The notes under the pieces are model-generated. The model made no database searches. It saw only the letters and a program-made list of their open reading frames with translations, and had not been told where the DNA came from. This document shows positions 25,195 through 37,530 of a stretch of DNA of 64,000 nucleotides, in pieces (the first letter of the stretch is position 1; each line of letters begins with the position of its first letter). The DNA comes from Octopus bimaculoides (Eukaryota): positions 99,817,622-99,881,621 of the forward strand of contig NC_068987.1 of the NCBI RefSeq assembly GCF_001194135.2. Reading direction: 5' to 3'. Made by a program: the position numbers and the translations under genes.

Positions 25195-25923
25195 TTATTC
25201 ACAAGGTAATGTGTAACAATCTGTTTTCAAATACTGCAATTCTTTGACAGGGTATGCGTCTTTCCCTAAATTCATACAAATGATCTCAAAAACTGATGTA
25301 TCCTGTATTTTCTTGAGGACTGATCCTGCTGGGCGTTTATGAAAGGCGTTAAAATGTAAGAACGTGTAGGGTCTATCATGGTCTGCTTCAATGCGTGAGT
25401 TTGAGGTATTATAATTCACAAAGGAGATAAATAAGTCATTGTCACAGAAGTACCAATGGTCAGGCTACTGCTATTTTGACCAAGGTAATCCTTAATAGTT
25501 AATAAATAATTTACGGCAATCGAAACTACAAAGTGTATATTTGAATAACGAATAGTTTAAATCCTTAGTGTTATTTGCTGGTGAATTTGGTTGGTAGATA
25601 TGGCAAGGCAAAGGAACAACTTGGCGTTATCTGATTGGAACAATAGGATTTTCTCTTTCAACGAAAGCTACTTTCCATTTAGGTATTTTATTTGTAACTT
25701 TTATGTTTTAATGAGTGGTACATGACACACCTAACATTTCAGATGCATTCCTGATAAACATATTTCCGCAATTTTTTAAAATTATGTTAGTTACACAACT
25801 CTTAGATATCATATTAGCAAGCATAGAATTAAGACCGCTTCCCAATGTCTGATATACAATGAATATACCTTCCACAAAATCGGAGTAATTATTCGAAATA
25901 TGATAGACTGAAATGGAAATTTG
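25195..25923 (-). pseudogene. Frame-preserved degraded coding relic of unknown identity
   Basis: About 242 codons in one frame with only 5 internal stops and no frameshift; no family recognised. Confidence 0.25.
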
Positions 25924-26291
25924 CTACTAGACAGTTTTAGAGATTGTGGAAGGCTCAATGTTTATATTCAGAAGATTACGTTCCTATTCAACATGCTGTA
26001 GTTTCAATATGTTGATGTTTATTAAATCTTTATTTCATATTATTGAGTTCAGCATGTCAGATATCTGACGGTCATCTACGGTGCAATTACATGAATATTC
26101 ACTGGATTAGAAATTGAAGCAACGTAAATATCTGAAATATCTCACGCAGAACATTGCTCATAGGTGGATGCGTGTATACATGTATGTGTTTGTTTGTGCG
26201 TGTTCGTGCTTGTTGTTTGTGCTTATTCTGCTTATTTGTTGTGTATGTATGTGAGCATAGGCACTTGTGTGTGCGTGCGTTTGTGTGTGTC

Positions 26292-26353
<62 letters not shown>

Positions 26354-26355
26354 CA

Positions 26356-26386
<31 letters not shown>

Positions 26387-26559
26387 TGTTGTTGCAAAAT
26401 GCACGCAATCGAAAAGAGAACATATTAGTTATGGCAGAGTGTTAATATGATAATTGTATAATAAAAGACGTTTAGATTTCAAATATGTCTCTCGTTATAC
26501 AAATCTCATAAGAGAAGTTTTTACTGATTGTGTTCGTTGATTTGGGCATGGCAAATCTA

Positions 26560-26790
26560 TAGAGTGTTGCACGCACGATCGTGGGTTCAATTCCGTGATT
26601 CGGCGGCGAGTTGTCTTCATGAGCAAAACGCTTCACGTTGCTCCAATCCTCCTTTCGAGACACAATGTTCGCCTGCTCGCCTAATCAGGGGGATGGCGTA
26701 ATTTGAAGGCCACAACATTAAAAAAAACATACCGTGACCAACGATGTGTAACAACATCTCATAGCCTGGTCAGTCACGTGATCACGTAAC
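26560..26790 (+). mobile_element. Probable tRNA-derived SINE (family C)
   Basis: Box B-like GTGGGTTCAATTCC followed by a GC-richer body GTCTTCATGAGCAAAACGCTTCA. Confidence 0.5.
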
Positions 26791-26852
26791 TCGATATGTG
26801 TATGTATGTCTGTGTGTGTGTGTATCTCTGCGTATGTGTGTATGCGTGCTCA

Positions 26853-27880
26853 CACGAGGTGCAGTGAATAAAGTGCCGTCTAAATTACGCCAAAATGAAA
26901 AAAAATGTTTACAAAACTTACATTAAAATATATTGGAATGTTAAAGACTAAATTTATTCAATAAAATGGCCATTGGCTTCCACCGCGGCCTCCAGACGAC
27001 TTCGGAATCTCATGCAACATTTCTGGATGGTCTCGTTGCTTAAGTTGGTGAATGCTGCCATAATCCTTGCCTTGAGTTCATCTTACTTATTACAAAGGGT
27101 TTTGTTGGTCTCTCGCTCAAGTGGGGCCAAACATAATAATCAAGAGGGTTGCAGTCTGGAGAGTTAGCGGGCCAGATGTTAGGGTGTTGTAGTCGCAGAA
27201 ATTATCTGACAGCCATGACTGTGTACGCTTGCTTGTCTGGCATGTTCTACAGTCTTGTGGTCAGACATAGGCTCTTCCAGTAGACAACAACTTGACCCGG
27301 GGCAGCAATACCTCCTCCAGCCACTTGATGTAGTCCACCGTGTTCAGTCTGTGGGAAGATGAATGGAGGCATAACGTCATTCCAAACTCTATGATGCTGA
27401 CTGGATGTTAAATTGTTATCACTATCGGTACATGTTTTGGGAACACTGCAAGTCAACGGTTGTTCTGTGTATTCACCATCTGATCCTGTCATAAAGTTAT
27501 TCTCGTCTGAGAAGAACCAAAGCGTGTTCGATTGGAGGGAGGCTTGAATTTGTTCAAAAGTTTCGTAGGGTGGTCTTTCCTCTTGACCTTGATGACTTAG
27601 GATAAAAATTGGCCCTTTCTCATCTTGTATGAGGAATACCCAATATCTACATGCATCACCTGCCTGATAAGAAAGTCAGACACTCCCATGTACCTGAAGA
27701 TGGGCTTGATTGATTTGGTGTGACCGTTCTCAATAATGAGCTGGATCTCACCAACAATTTCAGGAGTTCTTTTCTTTTCAGAACGATCGGAATGAGTTGT
27801 CCTTCGTAATGACTATTAGGCTTATTCATCTCTTTCCGAATCATCTGCTCTCTCCTCAGATTGACACACACACACTCTGA
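26853..27880 (-). mobile_element. Degraded Tc1-type transposon
   Basis: NDVMPPFIFP, DYIKWLEEVLLPRVKL, a WPANSPDCNPL motif, FRSRLEAAVEANG and then a TIR-like end at about 26853. Confidence 0.85.
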
Positions 27881-28094
27881 AATGTTCGTATTGGAGCTTC
27901 CGGCGTGAATGCCAAGCAGTACAGTAGTACAGAGTGAATTGCGTCATGGTGCTGTTTTTCTCTGAAACGGTGCCTAGATAACCCTACTATACTGATCGAC
28001 AAGATGAAAACAAACAATACACACACATACAATACTTTGTAATTATTGATGGTTTTCATTTGAAAATCGGGATTCATAGAGTTGATAAAGGTGT

Positions 28095-28190
28095 TAGCAT
28101 TAATATTATGGTCACTATACACTTTGCTTTTCATCCTTTTGGGGTCGATAAAATAAATACCAATTGTACACTGGGGTTGTTGTTATTGAA
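28095..28190 (+). mobile_element. SINE family A 3' fragment
   Basis: CTTTGCTTTTCATCCTTTTGGGGTCGATAAAATAAATACC. Confidence 0.7.
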
Positions 28191-28715
28191 TCCCTCCTGA
28201 CGCTAAATTGCTGTCCTCGTTTCAAGATTTGAAATCAATATTATAGTCATTATTTTTTTTTTTATATACAACCAATTCACAGAAATATGCAAGATCCTTA
28301 CAATATCCTTATGTGAACCGAAGATGAGGGATCGAATCCTATGAGCAGCTGTCGATTTCTTTTTAACGAAAATGGATTTTCAACCTACAATTTACATTAT
28401 TTACCTCACTGTGTTTGCTTCAAGATTCACTAACCCACAGAATGTAATTATAAATACGAAAAAATATTTATAGAAATGTGTATTTGCATTGTTGTTGTAG
28501 CTGTTGTGTGTATATATGTGAATGTATATGTCTGTGCTTGTGTATTTGTGTGTGTGTGTGTGCGTGTGTGTGTGTGTGTGAGTGTCTGCGCGCATGTTTA
28601 TGCGTGCATTTGTGTGAGCAATTGATACCAAGTTCACCACGACGAGATAAATTGTTGAGTTTGACTGATATACACAAATCAAAGAGGCCCATCGAATATA
28701 TAAACATATGTGCAA

Positions 28716-28770
<55 letters not shown>

Positions 28771-29959
28771 CATTTGTTTCTGTGTCTGTCTCTTTTTCTG
28801 CCAGGGGTGTTGGATTTACATGCCCCACCTAAGTGGGGCGTGTGAATACTGGGACCGATTTAAAAAGAAAAAGAAACAGTTACGTAGTCCCCCCACCATT
28901 GATGAAGCAAATAATGGATGAAGCAAATAAAAGGTTATATATATGTACACACATGCATGCATACATTCACAGACACAAACGCAGACGCGCACAAAGACAC
29001 ATGTACATGCATATTGTAATTATTTCTGTTATTACTCTATGAATGATACACTTTTAAATTATGCATTCTATGTAGTTCATTGGTTTCTGGGTGTACTGAT
29101 TTAAGCTATACCACTGAGTAACTAGAGACATGTTATTCCTTCTCTAATCTTGCACTAAATTATACTCTCTACTAAATGTTGCCGCTGTCAAGGCCACAGT
29201 TGTACACTGGAATGTCATTTAAATGATTTAAGCGACACATAAAATTTAAAACTAAACATATTTCGCCACTGTAATCCACTTACAAATAAATCAAACAAAT
29301 CCCCCCAAAAAGAAGAATGAGTTCGACAGGGATTAGAAGAGACTGATGGTCTGTGCCATGCACAGTTGTCCGAAACGTTTGTAGTTCATTATATCCAGTG
29401 TTCTTTATGCATTACTGCTCATTTACTGCGACCTAAATAGGGCTCAACGGAGCAGAGTATTTTTACCCCAGAATTGAAGTATGAGGTGGAACCAATATCT
29501 AGAAAATCCGTATAACACCCCACACCACACACACACACGCACACACAAACGTACACGCGCACACACAGACATACACACACACAAATATACACACAGGAAT
29601 AAACATGTTCTCACACCCTTACTTACAGGAAAGAGTTCTCCATGAAAGACAGGTTACAACTTCACGCAGACATATCCACAGACAAAATTGCGCGGGCAAA
29701 CACAAACACACACACGCACACACATACATACACGCACAAACCTTTTCTTTCATTCTGTCTCTGCCTAAAATACATTCTCATTCATGTTCTTATATAAAAT
29801 AGAATCTGTAAACTAGGAGATATAATGACTTGTAGCAGACCTAGATCAATGGTGGCATAACAATCATGGACTAGTTGATTGATTATTAGCTGAACGATTG
29901 ATCAAATATTCGATTAGATCATTGAAGGGTAATAACCCTTTTTACGAGTTGCACAATGC

Positions 29960-30147
29960 CTGAAATTTGGGAGGAGGGGGTTGGTTGATAATATCGACCC
30001 CAGGGCTTAAATATTATTTATTTTATCGATCCTGAGATAATGATAGGTTAAGCCAACTGCGCCGGAATTTGAACTGTGCAAATAAAGACGGACGAAATGA
30101 CGCTAAGCATTTTAATGGGCGTGCTAACTATTCTGCCAACCTGCCGA
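29960..30147 (-). mobile_element. SINE family A
   Basis: Reverse complement has GGCAGAATAGTTAGCACGCC...AAATGCTTAGCGTCATTTCGTCCGTC...CAGTTCAAATTCCGGCG. Confidence 0.8.
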
Positions 30148-30720
30148 ATAGTTGAAAAATACTTATAAAGCAGTTCATGTGTTTATTATTGGCATAATGT
30201 ACTTCCTGCAATGCTATAGAATCTGTTTCAACACAGTAGCTCACATCATGAATTGCAAACGAAATACAAAAATGAATTCTTTTATCCCAAAATAGTCTCT
30301 AAAGGAATAAAACTGGTTTCATTTGTACTTAATACACTGTTGTTATTTAATATGCTTTAACTCGATATATGAACTATACAAACTTAAACTATAATGAAAA
30401 CTATTAAAATTAATTGCTTATCTGTAGTAACGTAATACGAAGCGGACTACTGTGATCGCAGTGAAAAGTATTTCATTTCCTGCCGTTCAAAACACCGACA
30501 ATGCTTTCAATGAAAGTAATACTGAAACATTAACAGCTAATTTTTCTACATAAATTAGGTTTAAATGTGTGTGCGCACGTGTGAGTGTGTGCGTATGTGT
30601 GTTTATTTCGACGCGTGTGTTTGTATGATGTATGGATATATACGTATGTACGTGCGCAGACACTAAAATATATATGAATGGATGTTCATTTCTATCTCTC
30701 TCTATCTGTCTGTCTGTCTG

Positions 30721-30767
<47 letters not shown>

Positions 30768-32125
30768 NNNNNNNNNNNNNNNNNNNNNNNNNNNNNNNNN
30801 NNNNNNNNNNNNNNNNNNNNNNNNNNNNNNNNNNNNNNNNNNNNNNNNNNNNNNNNNNNNNNNNNNNNNNNNNNNNNNNNNNNNNNNNNNNNNNNNNNNN
30901 NNNNNNNNNNNNNNNNNNNNNNNNNNNNNNNNNNNNNNNNNNNNNNNNNNNNNNNNNNNNNNNNNNNNNNNNNNNNNNNNNNNNNNNNNNNNNNNNNNNN
31001 NNNNNNNNNNNNNNNNNNNNNNNNNNNNNNNNNNNNNNNNNNNNNNNNNNNNNNNNNNNNNNNNNNNNNNNNNNNNNNNNNNNNNNNNNNNNNNNNNNNT
31101 ATATATATATACGCATGTGCTTCTGTGTGATTCTCTGTGTGGGCGCACCCATATCTGTACTTGTTGGGTAATATGAAACGTTATGTATACACATGTATAT
31201 CTATATATCTGTATATCAGTATAGATTTTAATTAATCTTCCCTACATCCGCGTAAAAAAAATTGATATTGGAATTGTGGATCGTTTTGTTGTTATTTACT
31301 GTATTGTTCAAGTTCCGAAAACCTGGATATGCATTGATATTTCTATGTCTGTGCTCACATATGTGCGTGCTTGACGGTGTGTTCGTTTGTTTTTATGCAC
31401 TGGTATATTTATTTATTCTTCCATTTTTTTTGCGAAACCTACGTTTAACAGAAAAAAAAAAAGAAAAAAGATCCTATTTAGATAAATGCAACGTCTAATT
31501 TTATTGAATATGAGCTTATTTAAATGAATTACCTATGTATTATTATGAAGTATTTACAGTTTAGCAATATTTATCGTGATGAAACAGTTATTGAAATAAT
31601 AAAATTACAAAGGGTATGTGAAACGTATATATTTACCTTAGATATGTATGTTTATTCTATATAATTTTCTCTATATCCAGAGCATGTATTGGCAGAGACA
31701 AGGCGTATAAATGTGCTGGTGAATATATATTTTTACTGTGTTGGAGTGTCATTTTTCGAATCAAATCTCTTATCCAACAATCAGTGTAGAACGTAACACA
31801 TTTGTTTCTGTATATATATATATATATATATATATNNNNNNNNNNNNNNNNNNNNNNNNNNNNNNNNNNNNNNNNNNNNNNNNNNNNNNNNNNNNNNNNN
31901 NNNNNNNNNNNNNNNNNNNNNNNNNNNNNNNNNNNNNNNNNNNNNNNNNNNNNNNNNNNNNNNNNNNNNNNNNNNNNNNNNNNNNNNNNNNNNNNNNNNN
32001 NNNNNNNNNNNNNNNNNNNNNNNNNNNNNNNNNNNNNNNNNNNNNNNNNNNNNNNNNNNNNNNNNNNNNNNNNATACCTTCACCGTGATCCAAGTTAGCA
32101 TGTTCTGGAGTTTGCCAATACTTAC

Positions 32126-32161
32126 CTGCATTTCCGACTGCAACGTTTTGATCAACTACAT
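32126..32161 (-). CDS. Candidate 36-nt symmetric (phase 1-1) exon encoding DVVDQNVAVGNA
   Basis: Perfect donor CAG|GTAAGTA, a mediocre acceptor TTTGTAATTGTGGCAG and an open frame; no homology recognised. Confidence 0.15.
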
Positions 32162-32729
32162 CTGCCACAATTACAAAGTAACATCCCTCAGAAACACCTG
32201 TCCGCCTTGTAAAGGCCTTGTCCCCTCTCATTCTTTGAGTGTATGTAGTATGATTAAGTATGCTGTTACAATATATATATATATATATATATATACAAAC
32301 ACACATACACACGTACTTGATTGCTTATCAGCTGAACATTTTGAGTCTGTGTACTCTTTAGATATGTTTGCATGCTCATGCATTTTGTACATAAAACTCA
32401 ATTTTATCTGCATATTTGAATCAACCACTCTTCTCTCTATCCCCCTCTCTCCCCCTCTCTCCTTGTATCTCTCTTTCTCTCTCCTGATCTATCGATATCT
32501 TTCTATCTCACTATATGTATATATATATTAGTACTACTGGTAAGACAATTGTGAATCACAGTAATATGCCTTAATTTAACGGTAATTTTCATAGCATATT
32601 TTAATTGTCTCGATAACTGACGAGAGCCGGAGCAGGCTTCCGCCTAGACACCCGCAGCCCTGTGTCTTATTATGGCGACACAATAATTGTCACACACACA
32701 CACACACACACACACACACNNNNNNNNNN

Positions 32730-32796
<67 letters not shown>

Positions 32797-33905
32797 AACC
32801 TCCCATATGAAGCTACACAAAGTTAAGGAATAAGCGAAACACCTTAGATATATAGAAGTATTGAATGGTGCAGTATATGAGAGACGTGTAGAAAAAGGGT
32901 TCATAATAAACGCCAGTTATTGTTATAATTCATGTTTTATAATTCCTGCTATATGAAAGCTATCTCGTTACACACTAAATTTGCAGTACCATTCGCTTGT
33001 CAGCGTTTGAACACGCGTGACGTTCTAGGCCTTCTTATATTCGTTTTAATATTCATATTGAACCATATGATTATTTGACATGAAGATTAATTTCAGTTTG
33101 TATCCCAACGTACGTTTGTCTGATTCTGAGTGTAGATCGATGGAATTTGAATTTGTTGTTTTTCATCCTTACAATAATTATTAGAGTATTACAGCAATTA
33201 TTAGAGTAAGAGTATAAACTGTTGATATTTTGTTTATATATTCGTCTAAAACAATGCACTGAGGGTAAATTATATGAAGGTAAACTTGGAAAATAATTGT
33301 AAAATTACATAAACTAGTATTCAGTTAAAAAATATACATAAGAGATCAAAGAAAATCACATGGTGTATAGAACCTTAATACCACCATACGGTGTGATGTT
33401 AACGGAATATTCCGATAGCATACCGGAGGTGCACCTGTATATGGTCCAGTCATCGTCCTCAGCATATGAATTAATGTAAAAGGTTTGCAAACGGATATGT
33501 CGTTACTTAGATATACACAAACACAAACAAAACGAATAAACACAAGCCTGTAAGATGATAGTGTGATACAATAAAATATGTATGTCTACTTATTTCTCCC
33601 TCCTCCTCTCTCTCTCCCTCTCTCTCTCTCCCTCTACCTCTCTCCCTCTCTCTCTCCCTCTCTCTCCCTCTCTCTCCCTCCCTCTCTATCACTTTGTATC
33701 TATCTATCTATATACCAATCTATCTATCTATATACCAATATATCTATCTATCTACCCATATGTCTGCCTGTTTGTCTGTCCGTCCCTCTGTCCTCACGTG
33801 TGAGGGCGCATGCGCGTATGCGTGTGAGTGCACACGCGCGCATGCTTGTGTGTGCGTAGGTGAACCATGCAATAAGTATAAGATAATGAAGCGAATAATA
33901 ATAAC

Positions 33906-33972
<67 letters not shown>

Positions 33973-33974
33973 TA

Positions 33975-34349
33975 TTACATGGAAAAATGCGAGCGTGAAA
34001 ATACTAATATTTTTAAGATTATAAACCAGGAAAAGTACAGGACAATTTATCACACCTGTAAAAGTATAGGACAAACTATTACTTCTAGAAAAGATAAGGA
34101 AAAGAGACTTTTTACGTAAAGAACGCCAGTTCTTCTAACTTATCACTCTTACAGTTCTCATCTTTTAAATTTATTGTACAAAGCGTTTCTGGTAATTTGT
34201 AAGCTTGTATAATTAGTCTCTTTTTTTCTGTATTTAAGGTAATAAATTAGTTTGTCCTATACTTTTACAGGTATAATAACTTATCCTGTACTTTTCCAGG
34301 TTTATAATCTGAACAATATTATTTTTCATGCGCATATTTTTCCATGTAA
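33975..34349. mobile_element. MITE-like fold-back element with about 100-bp inverted arms
   Basis: 33975-34078 (TTACATGGAAAAAT...CCTGTAAAAGTATAGGACAAACTA) is the reverse complement of 34248-34349. Confidence 0.8.
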
Positions 34350-35279
34350 ACTATGATTTTTCCAGGCACTTATGTTATAAGATAATTAATAACGTGTCAA
34401 TTAATAATATTAGATTTTACCTTATAAAATACTGAAAGATAATATTTCAATTTTTCCATGTAAGTGATGATAATATTTGTTCATGTTTCATTTAAATATA
34501 AGCTGTGATTGAATTATTTGATATTACCCATCCAGACCAAATTAATGGCAGGGATTCTTACTATATTGTCGGTTGCGCCATGGTTAACCAAAAGTTACAA
34601 ACCACAAGACCCCAGAACCATCATTTACCAGGCTCGTCTTAAGTACCCTAATTTTGCAATAAAAAATGACTATTATTCTATCTTCAATTTTATGTAAATA
34701 TTTGATTTTTCATAAATTAAAAACACTTTTATAACCGCCCCCCCCCCGCAAAAGACATTTTTAATTTCCAAATTTAAGAAAATGCTCTTCTTAAGTTTTT
34801 TTCATTTATGCATTTTCTTCGTAAATAATCAATAATCCATCATACNNNNNNNNNNNNNNNNNNNNNNNNNNNNNNNNNNNNNNNNNNNNNNNNNNNNNNN
34901 NNNNNNNNNNNNNNNNNNNNNNNNNNNNNNNNNNNNNNNNNNNNNNNNNNNNNNNNNNNNNNNNNNNNNNNNNNNNNNNNNNNNNNNNNNNNNNNNNNNN
35001 NNNNNNNNNNNNNNNNNNNNNNNNNNNNNNNNNNNNNNNNNNNNNNNNNNNNNNNNNNNNNNNNNNNNNNNNNNNATATATATATATATATAAATGCGAC
35101 CATGAAAATTAATTTTTTTAACATTATAAACCTAGAAAAGTAGTAATCGCGCTGGTGTTAATATAGAAATGTACCGTAATGTTATAACGATTGCTTGCCA
35201 ACATAACATGCCAGTCCCGTTCAAAGGAATTCCATGTTATGTTACCAAATTTACATAAAAATACCTTGAAATACCAAAG

Positions 35280-35530
35280 AGTAAATTTATTCAATAAAAT
35301 CGCCATTGTCTTCGACCGTGAACTCCAGACAAGTTCAGAATCTCCGGCAAATCTTCAGGGCGGTCTCCTTGTTTAAGTTTGTAAATGCTGCTATAATCAT
35401 CGCCCTCAGTTCAACTTTGGTTTTACAAGTAGTCTTGCTAGGCTGTCGCTAAACTTCGCCTCGCACATAATAATTAAGATGGTTGCAGTCTGGAGAATTA
35501 GGTAGCCAGGTGTGTTAGGGGTGATGTCTG
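35280..35530 (-). mobile_element. Tc1-type transposase 3' relic
   Basis: Homologous to 26960-27200 (TTTATTCAATAAAAT...CTCCAGAC; GGTTGCAGTCTGGAG). Confidence 0.7.
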
Positions 35531-35779
35531 ACAGCCACTACTCGGTTGTTTTGTGTATTCCCACCATATCTACTAACGGCTATACGTGATAATTATTTAT
35601 CGTTGCATTGTGTATTTGCTTCTTTTTGTATCTCATCTTTGTTACGTATCTTCTATAAAAATGAAGTTCTATCCCTTAATTTACCCTTTTCTACATACGA
35701 AGACTCAGGAGAAAACAGGCTGAAATAATTTGTGTGAAACAGAGTTGATTTTCACGAGATACCTTTTCCAAACACCTGA

Positions 35780-35930
35780 GCAGACACGTCTAGACCGATG
35801 GCTATATCTATACCAGCTGTACAATAATCATCCATGAGGGATCGATACTAGTTGGGTCGAAACACTTGTAGTAATCAATAAACATTATTGTATCTCCCAT
35901 CTTCCGTCTTTCTTATCTAAGATATGAAAA
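35780..35930 (+). mobile_element. Penelope-like terminal-repeat relic with a degenerate hammerhead core
   Basis: CCATGAG-GGATCGATACTAGTTGGGTC-GAAA-CACTTGTA has the hammerhead layout but a mutated CUGAUGA. Confidence 0.4.
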
Positions 35931-35947
35931 TAGAGTGTCAATAAATG

Positions 35948-36205
35948 AATAATTATTTATTTATTAAAACAAAGAAATGACAACATCTCTTACAGCTGTT
36001 TCACTTCGAGACCTTCCGAAAATTAATTATTAAAATTAAAACTCAACATGCAGGAACTGAACACCTATTTTGTATACCTTAAACTAGCTCTGACGAGATT
36101 CGACTTTCAAATAATTTTCACTTTTATTAATTAATCTTTTGATGGTCTAGAATTGAAACAGCTGTAAGAAATGTCAATTTATTCTTAAATTAATAAATAA
36201 TAATT
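35948..36205. repeat. Inverted repeat whose arms each carry GAAACAGCTGTAAG
   Basis: CTTACAGCTGTTTCA (35989-36003) pairs with TGAAACAGCTGTAAG (36154-36168); pairing extends to AT-rich outer ends. Confidence 0.75.
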
Positions 36206-36416
36206 TATTGTCTCTCTATTTTCGTATTTCATTTAAATAAATAAATATAACCTATGGTTTATCTTTTACCTTAGAGTTGAATATCAACTGTAATCTTCAA
36301 CATTCCTTGTATGGTTAACTAAACTACTTTCATTTGATTTTTACTATACCCTAATGATGTCTGTAACATTTATTTGAGTTTATATATATATGCATATATA
36401 TGTATATATATTATGT

Positions 36417-36475
36417 ATGTGGTAAGTAACTTGCTTATCAACCACATGGTTCCGGGTTCAGCAAAAAAGACCGAT
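36417..36475 (+). mobile_element. Internally deleted SINE (family B)
   Basis: Head GTGGTAAGTAACTTGCTTATCAACCACATGGTTCCGGGTTCAG is joined directly to the 3' motif CAAAAAAGACCGAT; compare the full copy at 54376-54739. Confidence 0.7.
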
Positions 36476-37458
36476 NNNNNNNNNNNNNNNNNNNNNNNNN
36501 NNNNNNNNNNNNNNNNNNNNNNNNNNNNNNNNNNNNNNNNNNNNNNNNNNNNNNNNNNNNNNNNNNNNNNNNNNNNNNNNNNNNNNNNNNNNNNNNNNNN
36601 NNNNNNNNNNNNNNNNNNNNNNNNNNNNNNNNNNNNNNNNNNNNNNNTTTATATATATGTATATATTTTATATTTTACGTTACGTTTACTTATATATATA
36701 TACATATACACATAAATATTTATATCTCAGTTTCTGTGTGTACCTAAGTATGTGTGTATGTGTTTTATGTGTGCGTGCGTGTTTTTGTGAGTGTGTGTGA
36801 AAATATGCATGTCTGCACAATTGTCTCCAGAGCTCCCACTATGATGAAGATCAAATGAAATCTTGAAGGTAAACAGGATGTAGTTATAAACTTCGAAAAG
36901 TACATTGTATCTTAACTTAGAAACTGTCTTAAATATGTGTCATTTATGCATATGTAATGTTCTCTCTGTACAGCAACTTCTGGGTATTCAAAACCAACTA
37001 ATGAACGAAGATAAATCGATAAGAGTGGATATATCTGTAATCATGTAATTGTACTGAATTTGTTAGAAGATGTAAGCCTTCAGGCAGAAGTAAATAATAA
37101 TTCTCGTGTGATATTATTAAATGTAACCATTTTGGAAAGCAATTATTGAAACAATATACAGGAATCGTTTTATGTATCGAGAAAATATAGGCGCCGAAGA
37201 AATATTACCCATTTCAAAAAACAATAGTTTTATGAAATTTTAGCGCCAAAAACGCCCAGTCTCCACAACACAGTAAATCTTTAGCGTATCTACTAATTGG
37301 CATTTGAAAAGTAGTACTTCCAGTAATTCTAAAGTTCACTGGTGGAAGAGAATTGTTTGATGTATTACGCAGTCTATTTGGATCATTCTGAATTACTTAA
37401 GCTAATCCATGTCACTTGCTACTGCTAAAAGTACTACAGCATAAACTGAAAATTCAAT

Positions 37459-37459
<1 letters not shown>

Positions 37460-37529
<70 letters not shown>

Positions 37530-37530
37530 T
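37460..37530. repeat. (CTA)n microsatellite
   Basis: Direct inspection. Confidence 0.95.

Noticed and set aside
36835-36880. ATGATGA-AGAT...ATCT-TGAAG hammerhead-like layout
   Set aside because: The core is mutated on both sides and there is no helix I or III; chance is likely.
37320-37390. Peptide ILKFTGGRELFDVL resembling kinase GGELFD
   Set aside because: Short, stops after about 22 codons, and has no donor or other kinase motifs.
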